This document shows, piece by piece, positions 1 through 8,028 of a stretch of DNA of 64,000 nucleotides. This DNA is from a virus (lineage: Duplodnaviria; Caudoviricetes): the IMG/VR virus record IMGVR_UViG_3300044612_001981, positions 1 through 64,000 of that record; one strand, written 5' to 3'. The notes beneath the pieces are model-generated. The model saw nothing but the letters and a program-made list of their open reading frames with translations, ran no database searches and had not been told where the DNA came from. Numbering within the stretch: position 1 is the stretch's first letter; the number at the start of each line of letters is the position of its first letter. Made by a program: the position numbers and the translations under genes.

Positions 1-126
1 TGTAGGCTCTGGTGTTGGTTCGTCTGTAGGCTCTGGTGTTGGTTCGTCTGTAGGCTCTGGTGTTGGTTCGTCTGTAGGCTCTGGTGTTGGTTCGTCTGTA
101 GGCTCTGGTGTTGGTTCTGGTGTTGG
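1..126 (-). repeat. 24-nt tandem coding repeat (PEPTDEPT)
   Basis: tgtaggctctggtgttggttcgtc repeated 4 times perfectly plus partial copies; truncated by the window edge. Confidence 0.95.
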
Positions 127-1422
127 CTGATTTGCTGCAGCGTTTGCTGCAGCTTGTGCAATTGCTGCGTTCAATTCTCTTTCAGACTGCTCAAAATAAT
201 AAGTCCATGCATCTTCAATAGCAGCATTTAAATCAATTATAGATTGATTATATGTGTTGATTCTATTATTCTTTAATTCTAAAGCAGATGTTAGGTTTTG
301 TTGTGCGATTGTTAGGTTTTGGATTGCTGTTGTGAGGTTTGATGTGAGATTTTGTAAGACTTGTACTTCTTGATTGTAAACATTTAGTTTGTCATTATAT
401 ACTGCTAATTTATTATTATAGATTGTTTGTGCTATAGCCTGTGCTTCAACAGCATCATTGTAAGCATTGATCTGTTCCTGTGTTGGTCCTGAGCCAGAAG
501 AAAATGTATTAAGATCACAACTAAAGTTTTGTCCCCATACTCGTGGATCTCCAGCATAGTCGCATCCTGCTCCAGTCCAGCCTCCAGGAATTGCCCATCC
601 AAGATGATAAGATCCTGGGCCTCCTCCGTTATACCACCAAATCTCTACACTCAATGTTTTGTCTTCGCTAACATCATATACTGGTGAATAGTCGCTCCAG
701 GTAGTTCCTTGCTCTATCCATTGATCTATTGCAAGATTTCCGTCTACATACATTCTAAATCCATCATCTGTATATCCTGCAAAATATGTTGATGTGAACC
801 AAGACGGTACTGTTATTTGACCAGTGAACTTAACTATAAAGTTTTCGTATCTGTTACCACAAACTGGTAGTTGCATGTGGCTTGAGTTCCAAGTGCCAGA
901 ACAAAGCACAGATCCTGGAGTAGCGACATTACCTTGTCTAACAAGAGTATAAACAGTGTATGCCAAACCTGTTCCCCCAGCACTCTGCATATTAGATTGT
1001 GTAGTTTGAACATTAATATTGGATATGCTGAGAGCATCCTGTGCATCGTTTCTTTCTTCAAGAGCATTGTCTTTATGTTCAAGGGCCAAGGCTACTGTGG
1101 CTGTCTGCCCATCCACATTTGACTGGGCAAGGTTCTTTGCTTCTAAGGCTGTGGCTTCTGCTTCTACTGCATCTTCGTGTGCATCATAGGCATCATCTTT
1201 AAGTTCCTTCGCATTTGTGGCTGAGGAAAGCTTATTTTCTGCTATGTCTATAAGATCTATAAAATCATCTTGATAAACTAAATTAGATACCTTACTATTA
1301 AGCTCTTCTATTTCTTGAGCCGCTAGGCTAAGTGGATCATCTCCGTGGGCAGGAGTAAGAAATACCCATCCAAACATTAAAATGGTGGCTAATGATAATC
1401 TCCATGCTTTAGTCCTAGTCAA
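1..1422 (-). CDS. Exported/membrane protein with signal peptide, coiled coils, PA14-like domain and Pro/Thr/Glu repeats (partial; runs off left edge)
   Basis: Not in the ORF track; translated by hand from TTG at 1422 (GGAG upstream). MTRTKAWRLSLATILMFGWVFLTPAHG is signal-like, then KFTGQI...TDDGFRMYVDG...WWYNGGGPG (PA14-like), then (EPTPEPTD)n. Frame is open to position 1. Confidence 0.8.
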   Translation of the reverse strand, partial: MTRTKAWRLSLATILMFGWVFLTPAHGDDPLSLAAQEIEELNSKVSNLVYQDDFIDLIDIAENKLSSATNAKELKDDAYDAHEDAVEAEATALEAKNLAQSNVDGQTATVALALEHKDNALEERNDAQDALSISNINVQTTQSNMQSAGGTGLAYTVYTLVRQGNVATPGSVLCSGTWNSSHMQLPVCGNRYENFIVKFTGQITVPSWFTSTYFAGYTDDGFRMYVDGNLAIDQWIEQGTTWSDYSPVYDVSEDKTLSVEIWWYNGGGPGSYHLGWAIPGGWTGAGCDYAGDPRVWGQNFSCDLNTFSSGSGPTQEQINAYNDAVEAQAIAQTIYNNKLAVYNDKLNVYNQEVQVLQNLTSNLTTAIQNLTIAQQNLTSALELKNNRINTYNQSIIDLNAAIEDAWTYYFEQSERELNAAIAQAAANAAANQPTPEPTPEPTDEPTPEPTDEPTPEPTDEPTPEPTDEPTPEPT

Positions 1423-1474
1423 CTATAACTCCTAAATAAACAATTTGTTTACTTAGTTAATTATACCACTTTAA

Positions 1475-1663
1475 CTATTTAGGATTATCTGTCTTATAAA
1501 ATCCATTACCTTTAAATTGTATACCAAATGGTGTAAAATGTCTTATCATTTCAGAATCACATTCAACACATGTGTAACCTGGATCTGCATCCATGATTGA
1601 TCTATTAACAGAGAGTATTGCATGTGCATCGTCTTCTGAGCATTTATATTCGTATATAGGCAT
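1475..1663 (-). CDS. FmdB-family zinc ribbon protein
   Basis: MPIYEYKC...CVEC...FKGNGFYKTD signature; start refined to MPIYEY. Confidence 0.85.
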   Translation of the reverse strand: MPIYEYKCSEDDAHAILSVNRSIMDADPGYTCVECDSEMIRHFTPFGIQFKGNGFYKTDNPK

Positions 1664-1866
1664 TATTTTCTTCCCCACTTAACTTTATTCCACCCACGCT
1701 CATGGAAGTAATAAAGTATTGTTTTTGTAACTACCTCGAAGCTTGCGATTGCACCTGCCGTAACTGGTTCTTTGGTTATAAGCCAAGCAATAACAAATGT
1801 ATCTGCTGTTCCAATTATACGCCATGTAATAGCCTTTAATGCTGATCTTTGTTTTGATACATTCAT
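1663..1866 (-). CDS. DUF2061-like small membrane protein
   Basis: RSALKAITWRIIGT...KTILYYFHERGW pattern. Confidence 0.75.
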   Translation of the reverse strand: MNVSKQRSALKAITWRIIGTADTFVIAWLITKEPVTAGAIASFEVVTKTILYYFHERGWNKVKWGRK

Positions 1867-1914
1867 GCTGGCCACTCCATATTGTTAGGCCCTTTACTAA
1901 TTGCACTCCAAATT

Positions 1915-2676
1915 TTAGATACCCATTTCTTTACGTTTTTGCGTAGCCGATATAGCATGAATGTCTGCCCCCAGATCTACTTGTTCAATCTTGTACCCTA
2001 CATCTCTTCCGTATACAATATTAGTAATGTTAGGTAGTCTTAATACTAATGCGCCATCCATAAATTCATCCTTGGCAATATACTCTTTTACCTGATCAAA
2101 TTTAAGTGGATCTTTTTCGCTTGTATTGTATGTGTTGCGTACTCCAAGAAGTACCTGATCTGTTCTCTTTCCCGCCTCTTTATATAGTGCGTGGTGTCCT
2201 TCATGCCACGGCTGGTATCGTCCAAGCATAAGAGTTGTTGGGGCTGACCAATCATGCAAGCTGAACTTTTGAATAATGTGAGATGCTTTAGCTTCAGCAT
2301 TAAGGTTATGACTAATAAAAGAAACATCAAAGACTGTTGGTCGCTCAAATATTTTATTGGTATCCTCAAAACGACCCTCTGCCAAAGTATCCATGAACAC
2401 AAGGATATCTGGTTTACCAAATGCTGCACGAGTTATTTCTGTTGGACATACAAAGTCTACAATTACTGGAGCAACGCCTTGCTTGTCAATTAGACGAGCC
2501 ATTTCGCCCATGCGTCTTGCCTGCTCAATTCTATCTTCTGGCGTAAAACTTAAGTCAGAGTTTACAGTTGCTCTTACCTCATCTGCATTAAGATGAATTG
2601 CATTTATTCTTTCTTTAAGTGCTTTTGCTAATTCTGTTTTACCAGATCCTGGTAGTCCAATAATTTGAATAATCAT
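1915..2676 (-). CDS. cysC: Adenylylsulfate kinase-like domain fused to an HxGH nucleotidyltransferase domain
   Basis: N-terminal GLPGSGKT P-loop, LNADEVR, F.PEDR.EQARR; C-terminal LGRYQPWHEGH and ISATQKR. Confidence 0.8.
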   Translation of the reverse strand: MIIQIIGLPGSGKTELAKALKERINAIHLNADEVRATVNSDLSFTPEDRIEQARRMGEMARLIDKQGVAPVIVDFVCPTEITRAAFGKPDILVFMDTLAEGRFEDTNKIFERPTVFDVSFISHNLNAEAKASHIIQKFSLHDWSAPTTLMLGRYQPWHEGHHALYKEAGKRTDQVLLGVRNTYNTSEKDPLKFDQVKEYIAKDEFMDGALVLRLPNITNIVYGRDVGYKIEQVDLGADIHAISATQKRKEMGI

Positions 2677-2726
2677 ATTAATCTTCCTGTTAGAGGGCAG
2701 TTTTTGGACGTACCCAGGTCTCGATG

Positions 2727-3143
2727 TTATTTAATTTTTAGAATTTTTGGCTGTTTTTCTTTTGGCAGATTTCTAACTACACGGATATTTAACATTCCGT
2801 CTTTTAGCTCTACACTAGAAACTTCCATGTATTCACTTAGTTCAAAGATCCTAGTAAACTTACGTGCAGCAATTCCCTTATGAACAACTTCTGCATCTGT
2901 TACTGATTTAGCGTCACCTGTAATCCAAAGACTTCCGTCTTCGATAGATACAGTTAGATCTTCTCTTGTGAATCCAGCAACTGCCAGTGTTAACTGATAG
3001 TTGTCTTCGTCTAGCTTTAGCAAATCATAGGGCGGAAATGCCGTATTGTTTACCTTACTGAGACTATTGAAACGCTCCAACTCTCTGTTGAAGCCAATAA
3101 AAAATGGATCCTTAAATAGATCCATAGCAAATTGTGTTACCAT
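2727..3143 (-). CDS. Small heat shock protein (Hsp20/IbpA-like)
   Basis: FPPYDL, LAVAGF, HKGIAARKFTR, LKDGMLNI, C-terminal LKI motif. Confidence 0.95.
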   Translation of the reverse strand: MVTQFAMDLFKDPFFIGFNRELERFNSLSKVNNTAFPPYDLLKLDEDNYQLTLAVAGFTREDLTVSIEDGSLWITGDAKSVTDAEVVHKGIAARKFTRIFELSEYMEVSSVELKDGMLNIRVVRNLPKEKQPKILKIK

Positions 3144-3209
3144 TTTATTCTCCTTTTAAGCAAGTAATTTAGTCGCCCCCATTTGGCAGGCGACTAAACA
3201 ATTATACCA
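3144..3209 (-). promoter_or_regulatory. Extended -10 promoter and ROSE-like RNA thermometer in the hsp20 leader
   Basis: TGGTATAAT at 3201-3209; 5' hairpin AGTCGCC...GGCGACT; then CTTGCTTAAAAGGAG (UUGCU able to pair with the SD) at 3150-3164. Confidence 0.65.
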
Positions 3210-3230
3210 TTTGTATTAGCTTCTACGCAA

Positions 3231-3638
3231 CTACTTTTTTGCCTTAGCTCTTTTCTTGGCTAACGCTTCAAAATCTTTTACCTTAGTGTCTCCCATATAT
3301 CCCCAGGCATATCCATCATCTATCATTTTTTGATTAATAGATACATCAGATCCATCTAAAAATACCCAGCCTAAAATTCTTCCATACTTTTCTGACGAGT
3401 CCATCTTCTCTGTTTTAATTACAACAGTCTTGGCAGCTTCAATTGCATTTTTTAAGTATGACTTAGACTCAAGGCCTAAAACTTTTTCCATCTTGTCTGT
3501 AGTTCTAGATTCTGGGGTATCTATCCCAGCTAATCTAACTCTAGAGCTAAAAGATATATCAAACCCAAGGTCGATATCGACATCTATAGTGTCTCCATCA
3601 ACAACTTTACTTACCTTCTTAACGTAATACTCAAACAT
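3231..3638 (-). CDS. Thermonuclease (SNase-like) family protein
   Basis: VVDGDTIDV, RVRLAGIDTPE, KYGRILG; start refined to MFEYY (AAGGAG SD) because the longer ORF overlaps a tRNA. Confidence 0.9.
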   Translation of the reverse strand: MFEYYVKKVSKVVDGDTIDVDIDLGFDISFSSRVRLAGIDTPESRTTDKMEKVLGLESKSYLKNAIEAAKTVVIKTEKMDSSEKYGRILGWVFLDGSDVSINQKMIDDGYAWGYMGDTKVKDFEALAKKRAKAKK

Positions 3639-3665
3639 TTTACATCTCCTTATTTTTTTTATTTG

Positions 3666-3738
3666 TGCCCCTGGAAGGAATCGAACCTCCGACACGCAGG
3701 GTAGAAACCTGCTGCTCTATCCCCTGAGCTACAGGGGC
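3666..3738 (-). tRNA. tRNA-Arg(TCT)
   Basis: GCCCCTG acceptor/CAGGGGC, TAGCTCAG D-arm, GCAGG-TTTCTAC-CCTGC anticodon arm, GGTTCGATTCC T-arm; no encoded CCA. Confidence 0.93.
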
Positions 3739-4337
3739 ATATTTAGTGGTACCTTCATGTCTACTCCCAAGAAATTTGAATACGAATACCTATATCCCTT
3801 GGTAACTTCTTTTACTCCATGCCTGCATATTTCTTCTGCACTATGCACAACTAAGTCTCCTGGCTTGGGAGAATAAGTTATATTTTGATTTGTATAGAAT
3901 AGCTCCCCTCCAGACTCTACTTCATTAAAATACACAACCAATCCGTATCTTGAGTCCTCTATAACTTCATAAGGGTCTCCATCTTTTAGCAACTTAGACA
4001 TTTCTCTTTTTTCAAGAAAGTCATGTGCATCTATGTGCTCTCCCCAAGAATGTCCCTCAGACAAAACATTTACAGTTAAACCATTTTTAGTTTTATATTC
4101 TTTTGAAAACATATCCCTAATTCTATTGACTAATAGACTAAGATCTTCTATCTCCTCAGTAATTCTATTTTCAAAGTGTGTGCCATCGAATATCTTATGA
4201 TACTTTTTATTTTCCCTGAAAACATCGAATATGCCTACCATCTTTGAAACCTCTTCATCAGATAGAAAATTTTTATACACATAAATGTCTTCGCCTAGCT
4301 TAGTAAATCCTTTTTCTATAAAATATAGATCATTCAT
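3729..4337 (-). CDS. 2OG-Fe(II) oxygenase (P4H-like)
   Basis: HID, GGELFY, PGDLVV, HGVKEVTKGYRYS. Confidence 0.85.
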   Translation of the reverse strand: MNDLYFIEKGFTKLGEDIYVYKNFLSDEEVSKMVGIFDVFRENKKYHKIFDGTHFENRITEEIEDLSLLVNRIRDMFSKEYKTKNGLTVNVLSEGHSWGEHIDAHDFLEKREMSKLLKDGDPYEVIEDSRYGLVVYFNEVESGGELFYTNQNITYSPKPGDLVVHSAEEICRHGVKEVTKGYRYSYSNFLGVDMKVPLNMPL

Positions 4338-4352
4338 TATTGCCCCCTTGTG

Positions 4353-4426
4353 TGTGCCAGGTAGGACTTGAACCTACGATTACCGAATTATGAGTTCGGG
4401 GCTTTAACCAACTAAGCTACTGGCAC
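4353..4426 (-). tRNA. tRNA with CAT anticodon (probably Ile2, otherwise elongator Met)
   Basis: GTGCCAG/CTGGCAC acceptor, CCGAA-CTCATAA-TTCGG anticodon arm, GGTTCAAGTCC; paired 1:72 (not initiator); C4:G69 and C5:G68 present. Confidence 0.9.
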
Positions 4427-4435
4427 CTAAGCTTA

Positions 4436-4463
4436 ATTGTACTATATTACTGCTGACTGTCAA
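4436..4463 (-). promoter_or_regulatory. Sigma70-type promoter for the tRNA region
   Basis: TTGACA-N16-TACAAT ending about 10 nt before the tRNA. Confidence 0.7.
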
Positions 4464-4549
4464 TAGATAAACTTGTTATTTCTAAATTTCTTTTTATTTT
4501 TTTTAATCCAAATATAAAGTTTAGCTTTTTTTATTATGCATTTGATCAT
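4460..4549 (-). CDS. 29-aa basic micropeptide ending in FIY
   Basis: MIKCIIKKAKLYIWIKKNKKKFRNNKFIY; GGAGG SD; overlaps the end of the upstream gene; similar to 6774..6854. Confidence 0.6.
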   Translation of the reverse strand: MIKCIIKKAKLYIWIKKNKKKFRNNKFIY

Positions 4550-5372
4550 AGAATTCCTCCGCCCAATAGTTATGCCAAGCCTTGCCTCTATGTCCGTCTG
4601 TTTTATGCAACTGAGACCCTAGATCTTCTTTTGGGTTTATGTATTTATCCAAATACTTTGCAGTTGAATAGTCATTGGCTCTCATATTTAATGTAAAAAA
4701 ATTTTTAAATGGTAATTTGACAAAAATATCTTCATCTTGATTACTCCATGTAGACCACACAATTTTAATTTTTAGAAGATCACAAATTTTTTCAAACATA
4801 TTCATATGTATAACGTTAGAGCTAAATGAATTAACTAACCTCTCATGATTTTCTTCTCCATGCAAAAAAAATGATTTATGCTCTATGGTTTTATTATCAG
4901 CTGAATATAATAAATTCCTATCTGATCCAGGCGCCAAAAAATATATCTCGTCTGGGATGCCAAATAAATCTATGTAATTTAAAAATATTGAAATCTGTAA
5001 ATATATACTAGAGCCACATTTAGCTATGTTAAAGTATCCACTTGTCTTTTCAGATAAAGATATCTTCTTGTATAGAATATATGCCCAAGTATCTTCAAGC
5101 CCATCGTTGCATCCTTGTGTTTCAGAACAACCCATAAAAAGTATATGCTTACCATTATGATTTTTTGTAAATTCATCGGATCTAAATAAATGACTATTAA
5201 ATTCATATTGATATTTTTTTATATAGGCATTCCTGTCGTCCCAAATATCCCAGTGGTAATTTAATGGATTAAAAATAAGATTGTCTACTGCTAAAAAATT
5301 TTTTTCTATTATCTTATTTCTTTCATCGATGTATTGCGCTTCTTGCTTATCAGACCAAAATTTTTGAACCAT
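4521..5372 (-). CDS. SGNH/GDSL-like hypothetical protein
   Basis: ILFMGCSETQG (block-I-like GxS), NIAKCGSS, C-terminal DGHRG..WH. Confidence 0.6.
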   Translation of the reverse strand: MVQKFWSDKQEAQYIDERNKIIEKNFLAVDNLIFNPLNYHWDIWDDRNAYIKKYQYEFNSHLFRSDEFTKNHNGKHILFMGCSETQGCNDGLEDTWAYILYKKISLSEKTSGYFNIAKCGSSIYLQISIFLNYIDLFGIPDEIYFLAPGSDRNLLYSADNKTIEHKSFFLHGEENHERLVNSFSSNVIHMNMFEKICDLLKIKIVWSTWSNQDEDIFVKLPFKNFFTLNMRANDYSTAKYLDKYINPKEDLGSQLHKTDGHRGKAWHNYWAEEFYDQMHNKKS

Positions 5373-6774
5373 ATTGTAATTCCCACCCCTCTATATCCAT
5401 TATATCATTTAGCAATGGCTGCCCTTTTATATTTAAGCTGGTATTAAGCAAAACTGGGCATCCTGTTTCCGAATACCATTTTTTTAATGTCATATGAAGT
5501 CCTGGATGCTGATCCCTACCAACTGTTTGAACTCTTGATGTGCCATCTTTATGTACTACAGATGGTATCTTGTCTGGCTGTATGCACTTTACAGTGTATT
5601 GCATATATGGAGACTTAAAGTCCATATCAAACCATTCAGATGCGAATTCTTCTAAAACTATGGGAGCAAACGGTCTAAATTGCTCTCTTTGCTTTATCAA
5701 ATTAACCTTGTCTTTAATATCTGGATCTCTTGGATCCGCCAAAATACTTCTATTGCCCAGCGCTCTTGGCCCATACTCGGCACGTCCAGATGCAACTGCA
5801 ACTATTTTATCTTTCTTTAATCCATCTATAATTTTATCAATTGGATATTCGTTGCCTAAATTATGCCCCAAGTAAGGTGATTCCCAATTTAAATGCTTTC
5901 CATACATTGCTGCAGCTGCACCTAATGAAGATCCTGCATCACCTGGATTTGGCATTATCCAAATATCTTTAAAAATTTTCCATAGTAATGTGTTGGCAGA
6001 TGAGTTAAGGGCGCATCCACCCATAAAAACAAGATTATTCTTGCCAGTTATTTGCTTTGCCATACTCATAAACTCAATCAATCTTTGCTCGTATACAACT
6101 TGAACTGCTGCTGCTATATCAAACTTATCTTGATCATTGATTACAGGACCCCAGTCTGTTATACCTTGGTGAAAATTATATGACTGTTCGTAATACTTTG
6201 GGAAATATGAATCTATCTCCTTGTAGTATTTTTTCCAGTCACCATAAGCTGCCATACCCATCATAATATACTCTTCTTGATTTGGCATAAGACCTATCAA
6301 TTTAGTAAATGCAGAGTAAAAAAGCCCAAAGCTCACTGGATAGTTTTGCTTAAACTTTAATTTAATTTTTTCGCCTTCTCCAACCCATATCGTGGAAGTG
6401 TTATATTCTCCTATAGCGTCTAGAACAACTATTGCGGCTTCTGTAAATTTGCTGGTATAGTAACCAGCGCAAGCGTGTGAGTAGTGATGCTTAAATAATT
6501 TTCTAGGAACACCATCTAAATTAAACCTTGGCTTCCAGTCTCCAGAACCACCTCTTAAAAATATTCTAGAGGCCTTTAGAAGCGGTTTTTCATAGTAGGC
6601 TATTGCATCAGGCAACCCATACGATAAAGCGTCTTCAATAAGCCCATCGTTTATATACCAATCATTTTTTTTCTTACTGTATCTTTCTGAATGCCCAGCA
6701 AACAATATCTCTCCGTTTTTAATTAAAGAAACTGAGGCATCATGAGATGTTTCATTTACTCCCAATATAATCAT
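5350..6774 (-). CDS. Carbamoyltransferase (CmcH/NodU family)
   Basis: HDASVSL, ERYS, HHYSHA, MGMAAYG, GGCALN, GDAG, EYGPRALGNRS, FRPFAP, HKDGTSRVQTV, LLNTSLN. Confidence 0.95.
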   Translation of the reverse strand: MIILGVNETSHDASVSLIKNGEILFAGHSERYSKKKNDWYINDGLIEDALSYGLPDAIAYYEKPLLKASRIFLRGGSGDWKPRFNLDGVPRKLFKHHYSHACAGYYTSKFTEAAIVVLDAIGEYNTSTIWVGEGEKIKLKFKQNYPVSFGLFYSAFTKLIGLMPNQEEYIMMGMAAYGDWKKYYKEIDSYFPKYYEQSYNFHQGITDWGPVINDQDKFDIAAAVQVVYEQRLIEFMSMAKQITGKNNLVFMGGCALNSSANTLLWKIFKDIWIMPNPGDAGSSLGAAAAMYGKHLNWESPYLGHNLGNEYPIDKIIDGLKKDKIVAVASGRAEYGPRALGNRSILADPRDPDIKDKVNLIKQREQFRPFAPIVLEEFASEWFDMDFKSPYMQYTVKCIQPDKIPSVVHKDGTSRVQTVGRDQHPGLHMTLKKWYSETGCPVLLNTSLNIKGQPLLNDIMDIEGWELQYGSKILV

Positions 6775-6854
6775 TAATATATAAACCTATTCCCCTTTTT
6801 TTTCTTAAATTTATTTAACAATCTATGTATGTGATACATTATCTTAATTTTCAT
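6774..6854 (-). CDS. 26-aa basic micropeptide ending in FIY
   Basis: MKIKIMYHIHRLLNKFKKKKGNRFIY; GGAG SD; its TAA overlaps the carbamoyltransferase ATG (TAATG). Confidence 0.65.
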   Translation of the reverse strand: MKIKIMYHIHRLLNKFKKKKGNRFIY

Positions 6855-7794
6855 TTTTGCTCCATGACTTAATTTGATTAAGAAATTTATCTGCATAGTG
6901 CATGTGTCTATGGCTACCAAAATGTGCATGCTCTATGCCATGCTCTAAATCAGAAGCATTATGAAAAAATAAATCGTCTTCATGCTCTGTGTGACAGATT
7001 TCAGAATATTCATCTTTCATTAACTCTAAATTATAATTCCATTTATCAGTTTCCATAGATATAAAATCTGGGTACGGATTCAATATTGTATTTATTAGGT
7101 TTTCCGTACTTACATCCCATGTGCTCCATACAAAATTAATTCCATTAGACTTACAGTACTGCGATAAAATATGTATGCTGTTAGAAGAATACATACTTGA
7201 TATCTCTGATGTGATTATTTGCTCTAAATTTAATGGTCTTTTAAGATAGCGATTTCTATCCTGATATTCTTCTGGAGATATACTTTCTATATATAAAACG
7301 TGTGGTGGAGTAATTTCTGGGTTCTTTACCTTAAAAGCTTTTGAAGACATAAGGCTTTTATTATTAAAAGCCAAAAAACGATTAAAGTCTGGAAATAAAG
7401 CAATAATGTTTTTTGGATTTCCAAACTCATTTATATACTTAAATATTTTATTGACTTGACCAGTAATTGAATCCCCGCTGGCAGATATGTTGACGTATGA
7501 GGCCTTTAATTCTTTAATAATTAGCTCTGGCCATATTTTTTCTAATGGCAACCCAATGCCAAAAGTAATGGAGCATCCAGAAAAAATATAATCTGGATTG
7601 CTAATAAAGTCTGGCGACCTAAAGCTATGAGCATTAAATGAATGCACATTACCATGTATTATCTGGTCGTGTTTTTCATGTCTTATTGGCAATATGCTTG
7701 AATACAAATCTTCAAGCACAAATTTTTTAAAGCGTTGATCTGCTAATTCCGATGAAATTATTTTAATTATTGGGTAGTGATCATGTATTTTCAA
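6844..7794 (-). CDS. SGNH/GDSL-like hypothetical protein
   Basis: FRSPDF...IFSGCSITFG, NISASGDS, FVWSTW, C-terminal HFG..RH; shares motifs with 4521..5372. Confidence 0.6.
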   Translation of the reverse strand: MKIHDHYPIIKIISSELADQRFKKFVLEDLYSSILPIRHEKHDQIIHGNVHSFNAHSFRSPDFISNPDYIFSGCSITFGIGLPLEKIWPELIIKELKASYVNISASGDSITGQVNKIFKYINEFGNPKNIIALFPDFNRFLAFNNKSLMSSKAFKVKNPEITPPHVLYIESISPEEYQDRNRYLKRPLNLEQIITSEISSMYSSNSIHILSQYCKSNGINFVWSTWDVSTENLINTILNPYPDFISMETDKWNYNLELMKDEYSEICHTEHEDDLFFHNASDLEHGIEHAHFGSHRHMHYADKFLNQIKSWSKNEN

Positions 7795-7797
7795 TTG

Positions 7798-8028
7798 TTA
7801 TTCAGTTCCTAAGCTAAAAACAATCTCCTGAACATACTCTGAAAAATGCTTTCTAACACTTCCTGGTGGCCTTCCGCCATAATTATTCCAGATCCTCTTA
7901 TATTCAATTACATTGTAGTATGTAGTTGGGCAAAGTGTGAGTCCGTTATAAGACTTAAGGGTTGTTGGCAATGGCACATGCTTGGTGCAGCACTTGCATT
8001 GTTTTGCTCTTTCTTGATATTCGCTCAT
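7798..8028 (-). CDS. Hypothetical Cys-rich protein
   Basis: CKCC...LCP; ATGA overlap with the terminase stop. Confidence 0.6.
   Translation of the reverse strand: MSEYQERAKQCKCCTKHVPLPTTLKSYNGLTLCPTTYYNVIEYKRIWNNYGGRPPGSVRKHFSEYVQEIVFSLGTE

Noticed and set aside
1-126. Direct repeats as a possible CRISPR array
   Set aside because: Contiguous 24-nt units with no spacers; in-frame coding repeat
834-1082. 82-aa minus-strand ORF
   Set aside because: Out-of-frame overlap within the PA14 protein gene
3639-3695. N-terminal extension of the nuclease ORF
   Set aside because: Lies inside tRNA-Arg; a good SD precedes the ATG at 3638
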